63,449 nt of DNA from Candidatus Enterousia sp. (GTDB taxonomy: Bacteria; Pseudomonadota; Alphaproteobacteria; Rs-D84), in assembly GCA_045636045.1 (NCBI GenBank), contig JAZTWT010000011.1:1-63449 (forward strand), read 5' to 3'. The position numbers and the translations under genes were made by a program. Below the pieces are notes generated by a model that worked only from the letters and a program-made list of their open reading frames with translations, searched no databases and was not told the DNA's origin. This document shows, piece after piece, positions 17,583 through 27,630 of this stretch. Position 1 is the stretch's first letter; each line of letters begins with the position of its first letter.

Positions 17583-19646
17583 ATGCCAAAGGTATCTGTT
17601 ATCGTGCCATGTTATAACATGGAAAAATATGTCGAACGCTGTCTGGACAGTTTGCAAAAACAATTACTGGAAGATATTGAAATTATCTGTGTTGATGACA
17701 AATCAACCGATCGCACACTGGAGATTCTAAAATCACGTGCAGCGGAAGATTCGCGTATTCACATAATAGAACAAAAAGAAAATACGGGGGTATCCGTGGC
17801 ACGAAACACCGGGATAGATGCTGCAACCGGTGAATTTATTGCATTTGTTGATGCAGACGATTATTTGGATATAGATTTCTATCAAAAACTATATAACCAT
17901 GCGATAAAAACAGGCGCAGAAGTTACCAAAGGATTATTTACTGTAATCGAAAACGGCAAACGATGGATAACACCAACCAACACACACGCAAAACGAAGAA
18001 AAATTCGTTTTTGTTATGACTTTCAATCCGCCATATATAACAGAGAATTTATAAATAAACATGAGTTGCGATTTATGAAAGGGGTCGCGCTGGGCGAAGA
18101 TATCACATTCTTGATTAAAGCTGCATATTTATGCAACGATTTGGCGATTTGTCCATATTCAACATCTTATTATTATCTGATAAGACCAGGTTCCGCAAAT
18201 ACTTCGATGAATAAGGACAAGGTTGATTCTGTTGTGACAATCGTTAACCACATGATAAACTATGCCAACAATGCAGAAAACATGCCCAAAGAAGACTATG
18301 ACTTTATTATATGGTTTGTCTTAGATGTATTGGTAAAAAATATAGTTAAAGCAAATGCAGAAGACAGATATCTGTTAGAACAATCTATTTTTGATGTAAT
18401 AAAAGGCGCAAAAAATACAAAATACGCTCAAGCAGAAATGTGTAATGTGTTTGATCAACTGGCACAACGCGTTCTGGGAAAATATGCACCGAACAAGAAA
18501 ATTTTAAAAATTATGAAACGCCAAAACACCGCGGTTTATGACATGTACACAAGACAGATAATGTCTGAAAGGAACAGATTGTGGGGCCTGATAAAAATAA
18601 GCCAAACCCCGTCCTTTATCAATACAAAATTGTTTAGGTGCCTGACCGTATGGAAAAAACATCGTGGATGCGCGCCAATAAATACAACAGAATATAAGGT
18701 TAATTTAACAGAAAGTAAACCAAAGGTTTCAGTCATAGTTCCATTTTATAATGCGGAAAAGCACATTGGTGAATGTATGGAATCCCTGGTAAATCAAACA
18801 TTGAAAGATATCGAAATAGTCTGTATTGATGATTGCGGGAATGACAACTCGCGACAGATTGTCCAAAAATTCGCAGAAAGCGATAATCGAATAAAGATTA
18901 TCAAGAATGATAAAAAGCGCGGTTTGTCATACTGCAGAAATATAGGTACACAACATGCAAGCGCGCCGTATATTATGTTCTGTGATTCAGATGGTATGTT
19001 GTTGAATGATGCATGCGAAAAAATGTTGGCCGCTATACACAAGAACAATGCCGACATTGCCGTATGCACCACTGATTTAAAATACGAAGAAGGTCAAGAA
19101 AAAAGCCCAGAAGAAGAGTATTTAAAAGTCAAGATAGATGGCGTATTAGACATGAATAGGCAAAATCAAATGTTATGCAATGTATGCATACCAGGCAAAA
19201 TATATAAACGTGAATTAATTATAAAAAACAAAATAGAATTACCAATCGACCTGCAACATGAAGATGAATTCTTTTTCCCAGCATATTGCATATGGGCAAA
19301 AAAAATCACACTGACATCAGAAGGATTATATATAAAAAGATACAAGCCGGAAACGATTATGAATTCTGTATCAAAAAAACCAGGTCCAAATTTAAACCAT
19401 GTGAAAGTCGCAACACTTTACATGAATTATTGTAAAAAGCATGGCATGTGGGAACGTGAAAAATTCTGGTTTTGGGACGCTATGTTCCCAGGACTGTTCA
19501 CGGCATCTTTGCACCTTTCAGGACCAATGCACAGAAAGGAGTGTTTTGATTATGCAAAAAAGATTATCGGAAAAAATTTCCAGGTAAAAAATATGCCACC
19601 AATTATAATTCAGAAGATTATGTCGATAAAAAATGCGCGCTTTTAA
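17583..19646 (+). CDS. two-domain family 2 glycosyltransferase
   Basis: Start MPKVSVIVPCYNMEKYV at 17583. A second GT2 module begins at KPKVSVIVPFYNAEKHI. Both modules have DD/DxD motifs (VDDKSTD..DADD and IDDCGND..DSDG). Confidence 0.8.
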   Translation: MPKVSVIVPCYNMEKYVERCLDSLQKQLLEDIEIICVDDKSTDRTLEILKSRAAEDSRIHIIEQKENTGVSVARNTGIDAATGEFIAFVDADDYLDIDFYQKLYNHAIKTGAEVTKGLFTVIENGKRWITPTNTHAKRRKIRFCYDFQSAIYNREFINKHELRFMKGVALGEDITFLIKAAYLCNDLAICPYSTSYYYLIRPGSANTSMNKDKVDSVVTIVNHMINYANNAENMPKEDYDFIIWFVLDVLVKNIVKANAEDRYLLEQSIFDVIKGAKNTKYAQAEMCNVFDQLAQRVLGKYAPNKKILKIMKRQNTAVYDMYTRQIMSERNRLWGLIKISQTPSFINTKLFRCLTVWKKHRGCAPINTTEYKVNLTESKPKVSVIVPFYNAEKHIGECMESLVNQTLKDIEIVCIDDCGNDNSRQIVQKFAESDNRIKIIKNDKKRGLSYCRNIGTQHASAPYIMFCDSDGMLLNDACEKMLAAIHKNNADIAVCTTDLKYEEGQEKSPEEEYLKVKIDGVLDMNRQNQMLCNVCIPGKIYKRELIIKNKIELPIDLQHEDEFFFPAYCIWAKKITLTSEGLYIKRYKPETIMNSVSKKPGPNLNHVKVATLYMNYCKKHGMWEREKFWFWDAMFPGLFTASLHLSGPMHRKECFDYAKKIIGKNFQVKNMPPIIIQKIMSIKNARF

Positions 19647-20572
19647 TCGCGCGTAAAAACACCGAACAATTCCCAATGATGCGAGCCTGCAAATTGATCA
19701 ACAGGGATAAGTTCGGTGTTTTTATATCCACCACGTGTCAGTATTTCCATATCACGAATAAATGTCTGCGGATTGCATGACACATATATTATGCGCGAAA
19801 CATTACTGCGTGTCAGTTCTTGACATTGCGCAATGGCACCTGCACGCGGTGGGTCCAGTACAACACAATCGTACTGATTCAACATTCCAACAGTCAGTGG
19901 TTTTTTAAATAAATCACGTTTAACACCTGTTCCAACAATATCAAAACCGTCTGCATTTAATACAAAAGTAAAATTCCCCAGCCCGCAAAACAAATCCGCA
20001 ATTCGCCCCATACCAGACGCGCGCGAAACAACCAATTCACGCAAGGCATCAGCGCCTGCACTGCTGGGTTGTAAAAATGCACCAATCGGATACTCGACTG
20101 TATGACCTGCAAAATTTATAATGGGTGCGACGCTTTGTTTTATTATTTTTCCATTCCATGACACGCGGATTACAGGTAATCTGGTCGCTGCATCACGAAA
20201 TTCAGGGGTAAAATATGACAGGTTTGATGTTATCGCAATATCAATACCATTATCACACACAGTTATTAAACAGGCCCCTGCTCCACACCATGGCAATGAT
20301 GCAACAGCCGGTAAAACTTCATTGATTTCTGGCAACAAATTTGGACAACAGAGCACCGGAATAATATTTTTTGATGCACGTTCAAAAAAACCAAATACAC
20401 CGGGCGCAAATGCAAAATCTGCGCGACGACGGGTCCCTGAATCTATCCACACCGCATCGGCAGTTGTCGGCAAATTATCTAATTGAGATAATTTTTTTGT
20501 ATGATAGTCAGGAGACGCAAAATCGTATCTGCATCCACCACAAATTCCAAAAAAGGGACAAGTCTTGGCCAT
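19643..20572 (-). CDS. class I SAM-dependent RNA (uracil-5) methyltransferase, RlmD/TrmA-like without TRAM domain
   Basis: N-terminal Fe-S type Cys cluster CPFFGICGGCRY, SAM motif DLFCGLGNF, and DPPRAG plus a catalytic Cys region (YVSCNP). Confidence 0.75.
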   Translation of the reverse strand: MAKTCPFFGICGGCRYDFASPDYHTKKLSQLDNLPTTADAVWIDSGTRRRADFAFAPGVFGFFERASKNIIPVLCCPNLLPEINEVLPAVASLPWCGAGACLITVCDNGIDIAITSNLSYFTPEFRDAATRLPVIRVSWNGKIIKQSVAPIINFAGHTVEYPIGAFLQPSSAGADALRELVVSRASGMGRIADLFCGLGNFTFVLNADGFDIVGTGVKRDLFKKPLTVGMLNQYDCVVLDPPRAGAIAQCQELTRSNVSRIIYVSCNPQTFIRDMEILTRGGYKNTELIPVDQFAGSHHWELFGVFTRD

Positions 20573-21204
20573 TAGAAACTGATACGCGCACCAATACGGA
20601 ACTGATGTGCAGAAGGATTTAAATCGGCCACTAAATCTGTTCCTGGGTTAAACATGTAAAAATATCTGTATCCAAAATCCAGGGCGAATATTTTATTAAA
20701 TTCAACACCAACACCAGCCAGAACCGCCGCAACAGGCGAAATCTTATGTTCCAGACGCAAACCATCATCTGTGTTATTCCATGACAGACCACCGCCAAAA
20801 CCGACATAAGGAACCAGCATCTGGGTGCGGAACAAACGATACATCGAATCAATTCGCGCATCCCATATTGCATTTACGAATACAGTATCACCTGTGAATG
20901 ATAACGCATTCCAATCTGCGGTTGTGCGGATATAGTTCGCCTCGACACGAAAGGTATCATAGATACGAAAACCGGCCACGGCTTCGAAATTGGATGAATT
21001 TTCACCGTTTATTGTTGTATCTTGTTCATCTGTATAATTCTGCCACATGGAAAAATTATATGCGCCACCAATATAAAAACGATTTATGTCGGAAAAATCT
21101 TCGCCTTCCCCTGGCATCTTTAATTGTTCAACACGGTATGGAATGCCAGCATTCGCAACGACTGGCGATAACAACAACAATGATAATAAAATTTTAGCCT
21201 TCAT
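20572..21204 (-). CDS. outer-membrane beta-barrel protein (Omp25/OmpA-like porin family)
   Basis: Signal peptide MKAKILLSLLLLSPVVANA, alternating aromatic/Gly strands and a C-terminal ..RISF. Its stop overlaps the methyltransferase ATG as TAATG. Confidence 0.65.
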   Translation of the reverse strand: MKAKILLSLLLLSPVVANAGIPYRVEQLKMPGEGEDFSDINRFYIGGAYNFSMWQNYTDEQDTTINGENSSNFEAVAGFRIYDTFRVEANYIRTTADWNALSFTGDTVFVNAIWDARIDSMYRLFRTQMLVPYVGFGGGLSWNNTDDGLRLEHKISPVAAVLAGVGVEFNKIFALDFGYRYFYMFNPGTDLVADLNPSAHQFRIGARISF

Positions 21205-21221
21205 AATAATACCCCCAAATT

Positions 21222-21992
21222 TTAGAAATTCATACGAATTGACGTAATAACATTGCTGATGTTATCAACACCGCCGCCGCGTATGTTCCAGCCAAATCCG
21301 TCGCCAATCATCATCTGATACTGGTACGCAATATCAATTCCAAACAAATCTGTCAGCATAATATTTAACCCCAATGTGGCGCGCGGCGCAGCAATCACAA
21401 CACCATTAGCACCGCCTGCGCCCTGAAATTCATACATCCCAACCGCAGCACCAACCCCCATATACGGCACAAATGTGCGACGATATGTGACATCGCCCGT
21501 CAGGATATAACGACGAGCAAAATCAAAATACAACATTCCACCAAATGTGTTATAGGTAGCAGCACGGTTATCCAGCCCCGAGAATTTAAATAACATGTTT
21601 TGAAAGTCTAGTTCTGCACGAACATAGGATGACAAATTCCACCCCAGACCAATTTGGGTTGTATAACTGCCGGACGATTTATATTCAGCACCATCAAATA
21701 CCGCACTGTCAGTCGCAAACCCCAAATTCAAACCGCCACCAATACGCATATACATATCTGTTGGGATAAACATTTGAGTATCTTCTGACGATACGCTACC
21801 CACAAACTGGTAAACCTCGGCCCCCAGTTCACCGGGCGCCGTCTGTTCAATTACAGGCAATGTTGTTTCGGCACTGATTAAATCCAGACCACGTCCAACC
21901 TCGCGCATGAATTTTGCGTCATCATAGGCAGCGTTCGCATTTAATGCAGCAAATACTGCCAACGTTATTCCAAAATATGATATTTTCTTCAT
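21222..21992 (-). CDS. outer-membrane beta-barrel protein (Omp25-like paralog)
   Basis: The internal start at 21992 gives signal peptide MKKISYFGITLAVFAALNANA. The C-terminus is ..IRMNF. Confidence 0.6.
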   Translation of the reverse strand: MKKISYFGITLAVFAALNANAAYDDAKFMREVGRGLDLISAETTLPVIEQTAPGELGAEVYQFVGSVSSEDTQMFIPTDMYMRIGGGLNLGFATDSAVFDGAEYKSSGSYTTQIGLGWNLSSYVRAELDFQNMLFKFSGLDNRAATYNTFGGMLYFDFARRYILTGDVTYRRTFVPYMGVGAAVGMYEFQGAGGANGVVIAAPRATLGLNIMLTDLFGIDIAYQYQMMIGDGFGWNIRGGGVDNISNVITSIRMNF

Positions 21993-22084
21993 TTTTATCC
22001 AATCCGTAATTATATTTTCATTGTTAAAAATTTTATCATAAATTGCAACTTGATTCCAGTCTGATTTATGCGTACCATGTAAGT

Positions 22085-22909
22085 ATGCAGAATAAAAATA
22101 CAGATAATAAAATTGCATTGGTTGCAGGCGCACTGGATTTACCATTCTTTACGCGTGATGCGTTGCGACGCGCAGGTTGGGATGTGTTTATCGTAGGACT
22201 GAAAAATTTTGTAAATCCAGATTTAAAGCCTGATATGGTTGTTCGACTGGGTGGGGCTGGACGCGCAATACGTGAATTTAAACGGCGTGGAATAAAAAAA
22301 TTAACCTTTGTTGGTTCGCTGGGGCACCCAAATTTGACCGATTTGCGTCCTGATTTGTGGACGTTTATGACACTGTTAAAAATTATGAAACATCAACGGG
22401 GGTATGATTCAATGGCTGTTGCGTTAAATAATATTCTGGAAAAACAAGGGTTTGAAATTGTTGCAGCCCAGGATTTAGCACCAGAATTAGCGTTCGAAGA
22501 AGCAGGTGTACAAACCAAAGTAAAACCAACCGCTGCGGATAAAAAAAACATTGAACGCGCGATTGAGGTTTCACACACAATCGGCGCTGCAGATATCGGC
22601 GCATCAGTTGTTGTGGACAAACAAGTAATCGCAGTCGAAGCAGCTGAAGGAACAGCAAAGATGCTGGAACGCGTGGTTTCAATGCGCACAACCAAGAAAA
22701 ATATTAGTGGTGTATTCGCAAAAATGACAAAACCTGGCCAAGACCTGCGAATTGATATTCCGGCAATCGGTGTCGATACGGTAAACGCAGTTGCAGACGC
22801 GCACCTGCGTGGAATTGTCGTAAACAGCAAAACATGCTTTGTCGTAAACAAGCCGGCGGTTATCGCCCAGGCAAACAAGCGCGGCATATTTATCATAGCA
22901 ATGGAATAA
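22085..22909 (+). CDS. lpxI: UDP-2,3-diacylglucosamine diphosphatase LpxI (DUF1009)
   Basis: Start MQNKNTDNKIALVAGALDLPF at 22085. The C-terminal DIGASVVV...VEAAEGT..ML and DLRIDIPAIG blocks are typical of LpxI. Confidence 0.7.
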   Translation: MQNKNTDNKIALVAGALDLPFFTRDALRRAGWDVFIVGLKNFVNPDLKPDMVVRLGGAGRAIREFKRRGIKKLTFVGSLGHPNLTDLRPDLWTFMTLLKIMKHQRGYDSMAVALNNILEKQGFEIVAAQDLAPELAFEEAGVQTKVKPTAADKKNIERAIEVSHTIGAADIGASVVVDKQVIAVEAAEGTAKMLERVVSMRTTKKNISGVFAKMTKPGQDLRIDIPAIGVDTVNAVADAHLRGIVVNSKTCFVVNKPAVIAQANKRGIFIIAME

Positions 22910-22913
22910 AAAA

Positions 22914-22938
22914 GCCGCCACATGGCGGTTTTTTTTTA
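22914..22938. terminator. bidirectional terminator between lpxI and zapA
   Basis: GCCGCCA-CA-TGGCGG(T) is flanked by A5 and T9. Confidence 0.75.
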
Positions 22939-22943
22939 TTATT

Positions 22944-23222
22944 TTATTGCGAAATCTTATGCTTAATTTCCCGAATACGTGCCAAGATTTCACGCAAATC
23001 CCCTTCGGTTGCAACAGGTGCAGGTCGCCCCTGAATTTCATCTGCAAGAACAATGCATAATGTCGCCAACAAAGAACTTTCCGGCAGCGGGCCAATTTTA
23101 TCCAGAATCTGGCGCGCACGCGAATCAACCATACGCCCCAATTCAATCAAACGTGCCTCTTGCCCGTCTTCACAACCCATTGGGTAATTCTTGTTTACAA
23201 TCGGTATGGAAACAACACTCAT
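22944..23222 (-). CDS. zapA: cell division protein ZapA
   Basis: 92 aa. The ..YPMGCEDGQEARLIELGRMVD.. pattern fits ZapA, and the gene is coupled (ATGA) to an upstream coiled-coil gene as in alphaproteobacteria. Confidence 0.6.
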   Translation of the reverse strand: MSVVSIPIVNKNYPMGCEDGQEARLIELGRMVDSRARQILDKIGPLPESSLLATLCIVLADEIQGRPAPVATEGDLREILARIREIKHKISQ

Positions 23223-23431
23223 TTCTTTAACTTCTTTAGTATCGAGATAGATTTATCAATCATGTCCGATGCACGGGCGTGTTTATCGCGCAGGGAACGA
23301 ACCTGTTCTGTTAGAATCGCAACCTCTAGATCTGTTTGCTTGCCAGCATGGATTGCAGTACCACGAAGACGGGCCGCTGCATCTTCCAGATGGGTTAATT
23401 CTTGGAATATTTGTTGTTTTAAATCTGCCAT
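23219..23431 (-). CDS. small coiled-coil protein (DUF4164-like)
   Basis: 70 aa, heptad-rich, and its stop overlaps the zapA start. Confidence 0.5.
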   Translation of the reverse strand: MADLKQQIFQELTHLEDAAARLRGTAIHAGKQTDLEVAILTEQVRSLRDKHARASDMIDKSISILKKLKK

Positions 23432-23514
23432 ATTTGTAGTTTAAGATATTTTTTACATGCGTTCAACCCTAAAATGTGATATAATGTTGTCACGTACTGT
23501 GGGGGATGATTTAA

Positions 23515-24504
23515 ATGAAAACTAAAATAATCTATATTTCTGGAAATGAAGTGTTTGAAATGTCTGAAATTCGTGCTGCTTTTGATGAAGTGCGCAGTGC
23601 GTTAGGATTGGACAATGATACGATTCTGTTTGGGGTACCAGTGGACAGCGATAGCGCATTAGAAACACCCAATACCGTGACAAAAGGTGCAGAACAGACA
23701 ACCTGTGTGGTCACAGAAGAAATAGAAACATCAGAAACCATGGAACCAGTTTCAGAAATCGAAGAAATACCAGAAACCCCAATATGTGAAGAACTTACCG
23801 AAATCCCACAAGATATTATAGATAATGAAGTTTCAGAAGAAGCACATGCGCCAACCAAAGAAATAGTTGAAGCATCAAGTGCAGAAATTGAAAACGAAGA
23901 AAAAATTATTCCTATTTTATCAGTATTGGCCGTGAACACAAACGAAGCACCAACAGAAAACAATCTGACAGAGGTATTTTACAACAAACATGATGCAGAA
24001 GAAGATTTGACAACAACACCAATTGTTCATGTTGCTGAACCCAAAGAAGATGTTGTCGAGCCGATTGCAGAAGTTGATAATGTAGAAAAAATAACACTGG
24101 GCGCTGTTGAGGATGATGAAAGCCCGATTGAAACAACAGAAAAAAGTATATTCAGCCTGCTGGAAAGCATGGCGCCGCTGCGCGAAGATATAGAACACAA
24201 TATCAGTGACTATGCCGAAACGGACACAATAGACACATTTGACATGGATACAAATGACACTGATGCGACACTGGCACAGTTGGCATCCGAATTCGTGGAA
24301 AATGAAGACAAAATTACAACTAATATGAATACAGAACCACAGGGCAAAATTAGCAAGTTAAAAAATATTTTACCTTTTAAAAAGGCAAAACGCGATGACG
24401 GCAGTTTGATGGGTGACCTGTTTGGATGGGCGGGAATCGCAGCAAATGATGATGACTTTACAATGCCAGGGTTCTTTACAGGGGCAAAAAAACAAGGCGC
24501 ATAG
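23515..24504 (+). CDS. hypothetical, extremely acidic (E/D/T-rich) protein
   Basis: SD GGGGGATGA. 329 aa with a short ordered N-terminus, a long low-complexity acidic body and a basic/hydrophobic C-terminal tail. Confidence 0.5.
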   Translation: MKTKIIYISGNEVFEMSEIRAAFDEVRSALGLDNDTILFGVPVDSDSALETPNTVTKGAEQTTCVVTEEIETSETMEPVSEIEEIPETPICEELTEIPQDIIDNEVSEEAHAPTKEIVEASSAEIENEEKIIPILSVLAVNTNEAPTENNLTEVFYNKHDAEEDLTTTPIVHVAEPKEDVVEPIAEVDNVEKITLGAVEDDESPIETTEKSIFSLLESMAPLREDIEHNISDYAETDTIDTFDMDTNDTDATLAQLASEFVENEDKITTNMNTEPQGKISKLKNILPFKKAKRDDGSLMGDLFGWAGIAANDDDFTMPGFFTGAKKQGA

Positions 24505-24506
24505 AA

Positions 24507-25544
24507 ATGGAGTCAAACCAATTTCTGGCAGAGGCTTTTAGATTACTAAAAAATTCCGGATTCCACAATCTGCGTGCGGATTCGGAATTTATCTATATGG
24601 AAGATCCTGCGTGTATATTGCGCAGTTTTGAAACCTTTATTAATTACGCATGGTTGGCAATTACCGTTTTAACAGGGATATTAATATTTGGATGGGCGAT
24701 ATCGATGATACGCGGTGCAAAATATGATAATATCTTTATAAATATGCGCAATTTAATATTAATATTTGGCGGACTGACCTTAACAAAACCCGTTATCAAT
24801 CTGGTTTATGGCGAAGATTTATTTGCACGCGCATGCAGAACAATCGCTGTGTCACAATCAGAAGTACAAAAATTATTGGATGCGCGTAAAAGCAAATTAA
24901 AGAGAGATGAGTTATACGAAGACCTGATAATTCATGATACAGGCATTGTCATTCAGACAGACGAGATAAATACAGACGTTCAATCGATTGATGAAGAGAA
25001 TGAAATAGAAGCAGTGACTGTACCGTCACCTGAACCACAGCAACCAGAGGCAACAGCCAACGACACCCCCATACCAACACAACCCGTTAATGTCGCCAGT
25101 CTGCCAACTTCAGCATCGGAATCAGGACGCGATGTAATATACACAATGCCTGATGGCAGCCGTGTAAAACGCACAGGCGGTTCGCGTGCATGGAGAAATT
25201 CCAACCCAGGAAATATTAGATATTCCGATTTCTCGCGCAGGGTTGGTGCCATCGGCAAGGCCGGTAATTTTGCCGTATTCCCTGATGAGGCAACAGGTAT
25301 GTATGCGATTGAGGCCCTGCTGCGCACAGACAGTTATAACAAACTGACCATCGCAGGCGCAATCAGCCGATATGCACCACCAATCGAAAATAACACAGCC
25401 GCATACCACAGAAATATAGAAAGACTGACAGGACTGTCTATTAATAAAAGAATGGCAGATTTGACCCCCACAGAATTAACCAGTGTTGCCAAGGCAATCA
25501 GACATATCGAAGGATGGGATGTGGGAACAATACAAAGGATGTAA
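24507..25544 (+). CDS. membrane protein with a conserved C-terminal NPGNIRY-motif domain
   Basis: Starts 2 nt after the previous stop. It has 2-3 TM segments, an E/P/T linker, then RAWRNSNPGNIRYSDF...FAVFPDEATGMYAIEALL...ISRYAPPIENNT. Confidence 0.5.
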   Translation: MESNQFLAEAFRLLKNSGFHNLRADSEFIYMEDPACILRSFETFINYAWLAITVLTGILIFGWAISMIRGAKYDNIFINMRNLILIFGGLTLTKPVINLVYGEDLFARACRTIAVSQSEVQKLLDARKSKLKRDELYEDLIIHDTGIVIQTDEINTDVQSIDEENEIEAVTVPSPEPQQPEATANDTPIPTQPVNVASLPTSASESGRDVIYTMPDGSRVKRTGGSRAWRNSNPGNIRYSDFSRRVGAIGKAGNFAVFPDEATGMYAIEALLRTDSYNKLTIAGAISRYAPPIENNTAAYHRNIERLTGLSINKRMADLTPTELTSVAKAIRHIEGWDVGTIQRM

Positions 25545-25548
25545 AATC

Positions 25549-26166
25549 ATGAAATCAGAACGCGGTGGAATGGCGCTGAATTTAACATTGGTTGTATTAA
25601 TTGCAGCAATTGCCAGCCTGGGGTATATTTTATTAAAAAAACAAACACAAGAAAAAATTATCACCAATTCGGAGTATACTGGTGAATTTAATATGCCAGA
25701 AAAACAGAAGATAACAATGGAAACATTTTCTGACGGACTGGGGGATGCAAACGCCATAACACGTTGGGCCGCAGATGAAACAGGTGCAGGTATTGTTAAA
25801 TCTGAAACATTTAATACCGATATTAACGGAGATAAAGTACCAGATAGAATTACCAAAATAAGACACGAAAGCGGAACCGCGCATTTTTGGGATGAATATA
25901 AAATTGAACTGAATCAGGATGGCAGATATAGGGACATTACCCCAAAAGGTTTGCGCACAACCGTTGGGGCAGAATGTGCACTGCAACAAATACAATTTCA
26001 ATATAAACCGAATTTCAAAATAATAAAAATATCGCGTCCATGGCGCGATTCATGGACAGGCCCCAGTATGGCAACACGTACAATTTATACACTGGAAAAT
26101 AATAAACTGGTTCCGGATGCCGGCGAAAACCTGGGAACAGTTTGTGATGTTTCAGAACTTTTTTGA
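25549..26166 (+). CDS. membrane-anchored hypothetical protein with a DxNGDxxxD loop
   Basis: ATG at 25549 lies 4 nt after the previous stop, with SD AAGGATG. There is an N-terminal TM segment (LNLTLVVLIAAIASLGYILL) and a DINGDKVPD motif. Confidence 0.45.
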   Translation: MKSERGGMALNLTLVVLIAAIASLGYILLKKQTQEKIITNSEYTGEFNMPEKQKITMETFSDGLGDANAITRWAADETGAGIVKSETFNTDINGDKVPDRITKIRHESGTAHFWDEYKIELNQDGRYRDITPKGLRTTVGAECALQQIQFQYKPNFKIIKISRPWRDSWTGPSMATRTIYTLENNKLVPDAGENLGTVCDVSELF

Positions 26167-26859
26167 AAATGACGACTTGTTTAAAAATGGTGTTGCACGC
26201 ATTGAGTGAACAATCCCATTTGATGTAACAACAAAATGATCAAACAAGGAAATACCAAACATATTTAAACATTCTTCCAGCAAACTGGTAATTTCTGCAT
26301 CTTGTAATGAAAAACTGTTGTCCGACACAGGATGATTATGCAGTAATATTACACTGACCGCATTCAACCCAAGGGCGCGACGTGCAACTTCGCGTGGATA
26401 GACATCAGCCTGGTTAAAGGTTCCGCGATTATGAATTTCATGTTTTATTAGGCGCGAATTACCGTCCAAATACAGCACGTGAAATTCTTCGACTGTTTTG
26501 CCGGCAACCAATGAACGACAATAATCGTGGATAAATTTATCATCTGATAAATATTTACCTGTTTCTGCGCGTTCCTGATATGATACCAGTGACAATTCAT
26601 GAAACAACTTGATTGCAATCGCAACATTGCGACCAACACCAGGAACCGATACTAATTCTTCATACGGTGCACATAATACAAAATAAACACCACCAAATTT
26701 CTCGATCAAAGAACGCGCCAATGGGCGCACATCACGTCGCGGAATAGCATACGTTAACAACAATTCCAATTTTTCATAAGCAGCCAACTTACCATCCAGC
26801 AATTTTTGCTTTAAGCGTTCGCGATGACCGCTGTGAAAAAGCTCGTCTGTTTTCGGCAT
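26152..26859 (-). CDS. radC: RadC-family JAMM protein
   Basis: HhH-type N-terminal region and the JAMM motif LLHNHPVSD...S..D. Confidence 0.85.
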   Translation of the reverse strand: MPKTDELFHSGHRERLKQKLLDGKLAAYEKLELLLTYAIPRRDVRPLARSLIEKFGGVYFVLCAPYEELVSVPGVGRNVAIAIKLFHELSLVSYQERAETGKYLSDDKFIHDYCRSLVAGKTVEEFHVLYLDGNSRLIKHEIHNRGTFNQADVYPREVARRALGLNAVSVILLHNHPVSDNSFSLQDAEITSLLEECLNMFGISLFDHFVVTSNGIVHSMRATPFLNKSSFSKKF

Positions 26860-26866
26860 AAATAAA

Positions 26867-27628
26867 TTACACCATTTTTTCGGTAAATATTATTGCACCA
26901 TCTTCGGTAATACCAATCGTATGTTCCCACTGCGCCGATAGACCACCGTCAACCGTACGCGCAGTCCAACCATCTGCATCAATCTTACATTCAGGAGAGC
27001 CTGTGTTTATCATTGGCTCAATCGTAAAGACCAGACCAGGAACCATCTTGACCTTGTCCCAGCGCCGGTCATAAAAATGATAAATCTGTGGGTCGTCGTG
27101 CATAACCTTGCCTATACCATGCCCAACAAAATCACGCGAGATTGAAAAACCATGCGGATTCACCACCGCTTCGATTGTTTTGCCGATTTCCGACAGTGGT
27201 ACACCCGGCGCACAAATAGAAATCGCAGCATTCAGTGCATCTTGGCATACATTAACCAATTTTTGCGCCTGGGGACTGACACGGCCAATTGTAAACATGC
27301 GCGATGCATCACCATGAAATCCCTTGTACTCGGCCGTCAAATCAACATTTACAATATCACCATCCTTCAGGACAACATCATCACTGGGGATTCCATGAAC
27401 AATAACATCGTTTACAGATGTGCATATATGTGCAGGGTATCCCTGATACCCTAAATCAGATGAACGCGCGCCATTTTCTTTTAAAAATGCAGCAACCATT
27501 CTGTCAATTTCACCCGTAGATATGCCTGCACGGATATGCGGTGAAATAAAGTCAAAACAACGCGCAACAATGTCGCCCGCGGCACGCAGACGCTTGAAAT
27601 CCTTCGGCGCGTATACAGATGATAACAT
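26867..27628 (-). CDS. map: type I methionine aminopeptidase
   Basis: Metal-ligand motifs are present: VIVHGIP, DIVNVDL, GFHGD, FVGHGIG, FTIEPM and QWEHT. Confidence 0.93.
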   Translation of the reverse strand: MLSSVYAPKDFKRLRAAGDIVARCFDFISPHIRAGISTGEIDRMVAAFLKENGARSSDLGYQGYPAHICTSVNDVIVHGIPSDDVVLKDGDIVNVDLTAEYKGFHGDASRMFTIGRVSPQAQKLVNVCQDALNAAISICAPGVPLSEIGKTIEAVVNPHGFSISRDFVGHGIGKVMHDDPQIYHFYDRRWDKVKMVPGLVFTIEPMINTGSPECKIDADGWTARTVDGGLSAQWEHTIGITEDGAIIFTEKMV

Positions 27629-27630
27629 AA

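Noticed and set aside
22910-22943. Expected 6S RNA (ssrS) downstream of zapA, by analogy with the zapA-ssrS arrangement in other bacteria.
   Set aside because: Only ~34 nt separate zapA from lpxI, and a bidirectional terminator fills them. There is no room for a ~180-nt RNA.
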